Origin: Acidimicrobiia bacterium
GTDB taxonomy: Bacteria > Actinomycetota > Acidimicrobiia > Spongiisociales > ZC4RG35
Direction of reading: 5' to 3'
NCBI GenBank assembly: GCA_965203555.1
Contig: CBDBCY010000004.1
Location: forward strand, 2,304,001 to 2,368,000
Length of the DNA stretch: 64,000 nucleotides
This document shows, in pieces, positions 58,816-64,000 of this stretch. The notes under the pieces are model-generated. The model was not told where the DNA came from and did no database searches. It saw only the letters and a list, made by a program, of their open reading frames with translations. A program made the position numbers and the translations under genes. How positions within the stretch are numbered: the stretch's first letter is position 1; every line of letters begins with the position of its first letter.

Positions 58816-59850
58816 GTGGCTTTCCCCGACGGTATCGCTGACTTTCGATCCGACACCGTTACCCGACCCACTGCCCGGATGCGACGGGCCATGGCGGAAT
58901 CAGCGGTGGGAGACGATGTCTACCATGACGATCCCACCGTCAACGCCCTGGAGGAAGAGGCGGCGTCGGTGATGGGCAAGGAGGCGGCCCTGTTCACTCC
59001 CACTGGGACCATGGGCAACCAACTGGCGATAATGCTGCAGACCAAGCGGGGAGAGGATGTGCTGTGTGACGCCGGGGCGCATCTGCGCAACATCGAAGCG
59101 GGCGCCGGTTCGGCTCTGTCGGGAGTGGCCTTTCGGTCGGTGGATGCCCCTGCGGGGAGGATCACTCCTTCCCACGTCGACCAGGCCATGGAACTGGCCG
59201 GCCGGATCTTTCCCCGGATCGGCCTGATGGTGTGGGAAAACACCCACAATCTCTCGGGAGGGCGAGTGGTGCCCATTGATGTGATGACCGAAACCAACCG
59301 CACCGCCCGCAAGTACGACCTCTCGATCCATCTCGACGGAGCGCGGGTCTTCAATGCGGCGGTGGCTGCCGACGTTGCCCCGGGCCGGATAGCCGAGGGG
59401 GTGGACACCGTGCAGTTTTGCTTTTCGAAGGGCTTGGGGGCGCCGGTGGGTTCGATCCTGTGCGGTCCAGCGGACCTCATCGCCGAGGGACGGTATCTGC
59501 GCAAGAGACTGGGAGGGGCAATGAGGCAGGTGGGTGTCCTAGCGGCGCCGGCCCGCATAGCCCTGCGGGACTGGACCCGCCTGTCGGCCGATCACCGGGT
59601 GGCCGCCCGGATGGCCGCCGGTCTGGCCGATCGCCATCCCGGGGCGGTGGATCCTGCGATAGTTGACACAAATATGGTGAGAGTGAAGATAGGCAAGCTG
59701 CGGGGTGAATGGGCGACCATCCGATCGCGGCTGAAGGAATCAGGCATCCTGGTCAATAATCCTTTTGCCGGCGCCTTGAGGCTGGTCACTCATCGGGACG
59801 TCGACGACGCCGACGTGGACCGGTTGCTTGCGGCATTTGCCGCTGCTTGA
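58816..59850 (+). CDS. ltaE: Low-specificity L-threonine aldolase
   Basis: 'DFRSDTVTRPT', 'GTMGNQ', 'ENTHN', 'HLDGARVFNA', 'CFSKGLGAPVGS'. Confidence 0.93.
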   Translation: MAFPDGIADFRSDTVTRPTARMRRAMAESAVGDDVYHDDPTVNALEEEAASVMGKEAALFTPTGTMGNQLAIMLQTKRGEDVLCDAGAHLRNIEAGAGSALSGVAFRSVDAPAGRITPSHVDQAMELAGRIFPRIGLMVWENTHNLSGGRVVPIDVMTETNRTARKYDLSIHLDGARVFNAAVAADVAPGRIAEGVDTVQFCFSKGLGAPVGSILCGPADLIAEGRYLRKRLGGAMRQVGVLAAPARIALRDWTRLSADHRVAARMAAGLADRHPGAVDPAIVDTNMVRVKIGKLRGEWATIRSRLKESGILVNNPFAGALRLVTHRDVDDADVDRLLAAFAAA

Positions 59851-59889
59851 GCGGGTAACCCCCCTCCCATCCGAACGGTCATATCCCCA

Positions 59890-60834
59890 ATGCCGAGTTT
59901 TGCCGTTCTCTTTCCCGGCCAGGGAAGCCAATTCTTGGGCATGGGCGCCGAACTCTTCGAAGCCCGGCCGGATCTGCTGGGCGAGCATGTCGACGAGTTG
60001 TTGGGATGGTCGCTTCGGCGCCTCTGCCTGGAGGGACCCGAGCAGTTACTGGTCCGGACCGAACGGGCGCAGCCCGCTCTCTTCTGTCTCTCCTATGTTC
60101 TCTGGCTGGAGTTTGCCAACCGGTTCTCCGGTTCACCGGCGGCGGCCGCCGGACATTCCCTCGGGGAGTACACCGCCTTGGCGGCCGCCGGGGTGTTGAA
60201 GTTCGAAGAGGCGCTGTCCCTGGTGGCCGCTCGAGGTCGGGCCATGGCCGAAGCGGCGGACGCCGAACAGTCGGGAATGATGGCGGTCATGGGAATCAGC
60301 GCCGAGCGGGCGGAGGAGATTGCCCGGGCTCGCCGCCGGGAGGGAGGACGATTGGTGGTGGCCAATCTCAACGCTCCCGGACAGGTCGTGATGGCGGGCG
60401 GCGCTTCTGATCTGGAGTGGCTGGAGTCGGGGGCGCGGCGCCTGCGACTTCGCAGGATGGTGCGGTTGGGGGTGGCGGGCGCCTTTCATTCGGAATTCAT
60501 GGCGCCGGCAGCCCGGCAGGTCGCCGCGGCTCTGGACTCTGTCCGGCCCGCCTCGCCTCGCTTCCCGGTGTATTCCAACGTCACCGCCGAGCCGGTGCAA
60601 CGGGACAATGTTTCCGAGACTCTGGTGGCTCAGGTGTGTTCGCCGGTCAGGTTCCACCAGAGCCTGGAGGCCATGGCCGGTCGGGGCGTGGAGGTCTTCG
60701 TTCACATCGGTCCGAGGAAGGTAACCGCCGGCTTGGCGAGGCGCACCATCCGGTCTGCTACCGTGCTGGTGGTAAATGATCTCGCCGGGGCGGCGAAGGC
60801 GGCGGAATCTTTATCTAGCATGGAGTTTTCGTGA
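59890..60834 (+). CDS. fabD: Malonyl-CoA:ACP transacylase
   Basis: 'FPGQGSQ', 'GHSLGEY', 'GAFHS'. Confidence 0.95.
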   Translation: MPSFAVLFPGQGSQFLGMGAELFEARPDLLGEHVDELLGWSLRRLCLEGPEQLLVRTERAQPALFCLSYVLWLEFANRFSGSPAAAAGHSLGEYTALAAAGVLKFEEALSLVAARGRAMAEAADAEQSGMMAVMGISAERAEEIARARRREGGRLVVANLNAPGQVVMAGGASDLEWLESGARRLRLRRMVRLGVAGAFHSEFMAPAARQVAAALDSVRPASPRFPVYSNVTAEPVQRDNVSETLVAQVCSPVRFHQSLEAMAGRGVEVFVHIGPRKVTAGLARRTIRSATVLVVNDLAGAAKAAESLSSMEFS

Positions 60835-60846
60835 GGAGAACGATTT

Positions 60847-61938
60847 ATGCCTAGGGCTGTTATCACCGGATGGGGCAGGTGTGTCCCTCCCACAGTGTTG
60901 AGCAATGCCGATCTCGAGGGGATGATGGACACCTCCGACGAGTGGATAACGGTTCGTTCCGGGATCAAGGAACGGCGCATAAGTCATGTTGAACCGTCAG
61001 AGATGGCAGCGGTCGCCAGTCGGCATGCCCTGGCCGCGGCCGGACTGCAAGTCGAGGACATCGACCTGATCGTGCTGGCCTCCTGCACGTCGGATTCCAT
61101 TGTTCCCGCTACCGCGGCTCATGTTCACCGGCTGCTGGATGCACCGGTCCCAACTGCGGCCTTCGACCTCAACGCCAACTGTTCGGGGTTTGTCTATTCG
61201 CTGATCACCGCCTCCAAGATGATCGAGTCCGGGATGTACTCACGGGTGCTGGTGGCCGCCGCCGAGCGCCTCAGCGCCCTCATCGACTTCACTGACCGTT
61301 CCACCGCGGTCCTGTTCGGCGACGCAGCGGGAGCAGTGGTGCTGGAATCCACGGAGGAGGACCACGGTCTTCTTTCCGGCTGCATGCAGATGGACTCCGC
61401 CGCTCTCAACTACCTGGAAGTGCAAGAGGACGGCCTCCACCGAATGCCGCAGCGTCATCTGGAGGCCGTCTACGGTGGAATCTCCATGAACGGCCGGGAG
61501 GTATTCCGGCGAGCGGTGGTGGCGATGGGTGACCTCTCGGTGCGGGCGGTCACCGAGGCGGGTCTGGACCTGGACGACGTGGATCTGCTCATCCCCCATC
61601 AAGCCAACATGCGGATCATCGACGCCACCGCCCGGCGACTCAAGCTTCCTTCCCGCAAGGTCTACACTAACATCCACGCCTACGGGAACACTTCGGCCGC
61701 CACCATTCCGGTCGCCCTCACCGAGGCGTTGGAACAGGGTTACATCTCACCGGGATCGCACATCGTATTCGCTGCGTTCGGCGGTGGGTTGACCTCCGCC
61801 GCAGCCTTGATGCGGTGGGGAGGGCGAACCGAACCGCTGGAGCGAAGCGATGCGACACTCGTTCCGACCGAGCGGAGTCTGATGGATCTGCTGGACGCCA
61901 ATTTTCGGGTGTACGGGATGCCGGAGAAGCTGAAGTGA
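60847..61938 (+). CDS. fabH: Beta-ketoacyl-ACP synthase III
   Basis: 'DTSDEWI', 'ANCSGF', 'PHQAN', 'GNTSAA', 'FGGGLT'. Confidence 0.95.
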   Translation: MPRAVITGWGRCVPPTVLSNADLEGMMDTSDEWITVRSGIKERRISHVEPSEMAAVASRHALAAAGLQVEDIDLIVLASCTSDSIVPATAAHVHRLLDAPVPTAAFDLNANCSGFVYSLITASKMIESGMYSRVLVAAAERLSALIDFTDRSTAVLFGDAAGAVVLESTEEDHGLLSGCMQMDSAALNYLEVQEDGLHRMPQRHLEAVYGGISMNGREVFRRAVVAMGDLSVRAVTEAGLDLDDVDLLIPHQANMRIIDATARRLKLPSRKVYTNIHAYGNTSAATIPVALTEALEQGYISPGSHIVFAAFGGGLTSAAALMRWGGRTEPLERSDATLVPTERSLMDLLDANFRVYGMPEKLK

Positions 61939-62669
61939 GTCGGGTCGCCCTGGTTACGGGAGGGTCACGGGGGATAGGTCGCGCCATCTGCATGGAGTTG
62001 GCAGAGCGCGGTAATCGAGTGGCGGTGAACTACGCTCACCGGTCCGATGCGGCACAGGAGGTAGTTGAGGCCATAGGCGCCATGGGAGGAGAGGCTGCGG
62101 CCTTCGGCGCCGACGTGTCGGACGCCGATCAGGTGAGCGAACTGATGAAGCAGGTGAACACTTCGCTGGGTATGGTGGGGGTCCTGGTCAACAACGCCGG
62201 GATCACCAGGGACGGGTTGCTGGCTCGCATGCGACCGGAGCACTTCGATCAGGTGATTGCGGTCAATCTTCGATCTGCTTACCTGTGCACGAGGGCCGTG
62301 TTGCGAGGGATGTTGCGCGCCCGATGGGGGAGAGTGGTGTGCATAAGCTCGGTGGCCGGGGTGAGCGGCAACCCGGGCCAGGCAAACTACGCCGCCTCCA
62401 AGGCGGGGCTGATCGGGTTCGCCAAGTCGGTGGCCCGGGAGGTGGGCTCACGGGGAATAACCGTGAATGTGGTGGCGCCCGGCTTCATCGCTACCGACAT
62501 GACCGCTTCCCTGGGTGAATCCACCGCCGAGACGATGGCTTCCGGGGCGGCGCTGGGCAGGGTGGGTGAGCCTTCTGAAGTAGCAAAAGTGGTGGGATTC
62601 CTGGGCTCTGACGACGCCTCCTTTGTCACCGGGCAGGTTTGGCAGGTGGACGGGGGATTGGCGCTGTGA
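61935..62669 (+). CDS. fabG: 3-oxoacyl-ACP reductase
   Basis: 'TGGSRGIG', 'NNAGITRD', 'NYAASK', 'VDGGL'. Confidence 0.95.
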   Translation: MSRVALVTGGSRGIGRAICMELAERGNRVAVNYAHRSDAAQEVVEAIGAMGGEAAAFGADVSDADQVSELMKQVNTSLGMVGVLVNNAGITRDGLLARMRPEHFDQVIAVNLRSAYLCTRAVLRGMLRARWGRVVCISSVAGVSGNPGQANYAASKAGLIGFAKSVAREVGSRGITVNVVAPGFIATDMTASLGESTAETMASGAALGRVGEPSEVAKVVGFLGSDDASFVTGQVWQVDGGLAL

Positions 62670-62708
62670 AAAGAGTCTTTACCGCCCGAAGCAATAGAAA
62701 GGAAAGCT

Positions 62709-62951
62709 ATGAGCAACGACATCGATAGCAGGCTCATCAGAGTTCTGGTGGAAGAACTGGATTTGGAAGAGGACAAACTGGTCCCGGAGGCCAATTTCGA
62801 AGAAGACCTGGATGTCGATTCGCTTGGTGTCGTGGAATTGCTGATGGCGCTGGAGGACGAGTTCGGAGTGGAGATCCCCGATGAGGAGGCGGAGCAGATC
62901 ACCACTGTGGGTGAGGCCGCCTCGCTGATACACCAGAAACTGGGGGGCTGA
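62709..62951 (+). CDS. acpP: Acyl carrier protein
   Basis: 'DLDVDSLGVVELLMALEDEFG.EIPDEEAE.I.TV'. Confidence 0.96.
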   Translation: MSNDIDSRLIRVLVEELDLEEDKLVPEANFEEDLDVDSLGVVELLMALEDEFGVEIPDEEAEQITTVGEAASLIHQKLGG

Positions 62952-63123
62952 CCCCTTCGACTGCACCGCCGGGACTGCCGGGGCGGTTTGGAGAAGTTTC
63001 TACCTGGTGGGCTACGGACGCACCACCTGCATCGGCATTCCGGGCCGCCGCCCGAGCCCATCTCCGGCAATTACCTCGGGGTGAGAGGGAAGGCGGTTTG
63101 AAGCTGGCATTGGAGACGTCGTT

Positions 63124-63681
63124 TTGAACCGCAAGCTCGCCCACTTCATCGAGGCTGTTGAAACTTTCGACGCCGTTTGCCGGCAGGTCCCTCCAGATGC
63201 ATGGGACAACGACTCGCCGTGCAAGGGGTGGACGGCCCGAGATGTCGTGGCTCATCAATGCGGGGTGCTGGACGCCTTGGTGCATATCGCCCGGACCGGT
63301 GAGATGACACGCCCGGTCAACCCCGAGCCGCCCGATGATCCGCCGGCCCGATGGGAGGAGACCCGCGACGGGGTGCTGGCCGCCCTTGGCCGACCGGGCG
63401 TCATGGACCGGGAGGACAAGTACTGGTTCGGACCCATGGACATGGCGACGTTTGTTTCCTATGTCCAGTGGGATCCCCTGACCCATGCCTGGGATGTGGG
63501 TGTCGCCACCGGCGTGTCGCCGAACCTGCCTCCCCATCTGTGCCGGATCAGTTACCGACTGGTGAGCGGCATGGCCGACCGGGCTCGCCGATGGCGTCTG
63601 ATCGGAGATCCCGTAGAGGTGCCGGAGGACGCTTCCATCGTGGATCGGTACCTGGGGCTGGTCGGCCGCCGGCCTCTTTGA
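63124..63681 (+). CDS. Mycothiol-dependent maleylpyruvate-isomerase/DinB-like protein (TIGR03086-type)
   Basis: 'SPCKGWTARDVVAH', 'THAWDV', 'LVGRRP'. Confidence 0.82.
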   Translation: MNRKLAHFIEAVETFDAVCRQVPPDAWDNDSPCKGWTARDVVAHQCGVLDALVHIARTGEMTRPVNPEPPDDPPARWEETRDGVLAALGRPGVMDREDKYWFGPMDMATFVSYVQWDPLTHAWDVGVATGVSPNLPPHLCRISYRLVSGMADRARRWRLIGDPVEVPEDASIVDRYLGLVGRRPL

Positions 63682-63718
63682 ACTTTCCGCCGCTTCGGCT
63701 TACGGGGACTGGACCAAG

Positions 63719-64000
63719 TCACCAACTCAGGGCGTAGGAGGGGCGACGAGGATCTGCTCCGGCCTCCAGGATCCCTGAATCGGGATCACGCCGGGTCACG
63801 ATGGCGCCCTCCCCGCACACTTGTGATCTGGCTACCCTGTGGCCCAGCTGCGCCAGGGCTTCGGCCGTGTCTTCGGGAAAGCCGGGTTCCAACGACAGCC
63901 GCCCGGGAAAGTAGTGATGTGGGTAGAAAGAGTCGGGGACGCTGTCGGTGGCAAACCGGGGCGCCTCGACCGCTTCTTGGGGATTCATACCGAAAACGAA
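63719..64000 (-). CDS. Gamma-glutamyltransferase, C-terminal part (runs off the window)
   Basis: 'MNPQEAVEAPRF', 'LAQLGH', 'AGADPRR'. Confidence 0.88.
   Translation of the reverse strand, partial: FVFGMNPQEAVEAPRFATDSVPDSFYPHHYFPGRLSLEPGFPEDTAEALAQLGHRVARSQVCGEGAIVTRRDPDSGILEAGADPRRPSYALSW

Overview
GC-rich actinobacterial window. The gene content and style suggest class Acidimicrobiia, possibly a sponge-associated lineage, but this is inference. In order: (1) the end of a TolB-like propeller gene; (2) a DUF222-HNH gene split inside its HNH motif by an IS110 element, whose bridge-RNA guides and circle-junction promoter are readable in the sequence; (3) a ~16.7 kb operon (5374-22091), probably catabolic, encoding a bicupin, a Pch2/TRIP13-like AAA+ ATPase, an M20 hydrolase, an MFS transporter, a duplicated TctC plus fused TctA-B, a CoxGMSL-type molybdoenzyme, GntR, an alpha/beta hydrolase, a cyclic amidohydrolase and an LLM oxidoreductase; (4) a GPP34/GOLPH3-cytochrome P450 fusion plus acyltransferase between two IS3 relics; (5) a five-gene GHKL ATPase / unknown / DUF6339-like / C5 methylase / Vsr operon with no recognisable restriction nuclease; (6) Fpg, a HEPN gene pair, an ABC exporter, and a DUF418 gene split by IS21; (7) housekeeping genes (ilvBNC-leuA-leuB with an attenuator, queG, ilvD, fabDHG-acpP). 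A dispersed ~170-240 nt non-coding element occurs three times, plus one partial copy. It has a PafBC-type promoter motif, a CACCG..GGGATCA-bounded hairpin and a G-tract, and matches no family I recognise. No rRNA, tRNA or CRISPR array was seen. Three frame disruptions sit in homopolymer runs and may be sequencing errors. All family assignments come from motif recognition by eye, not database searches.
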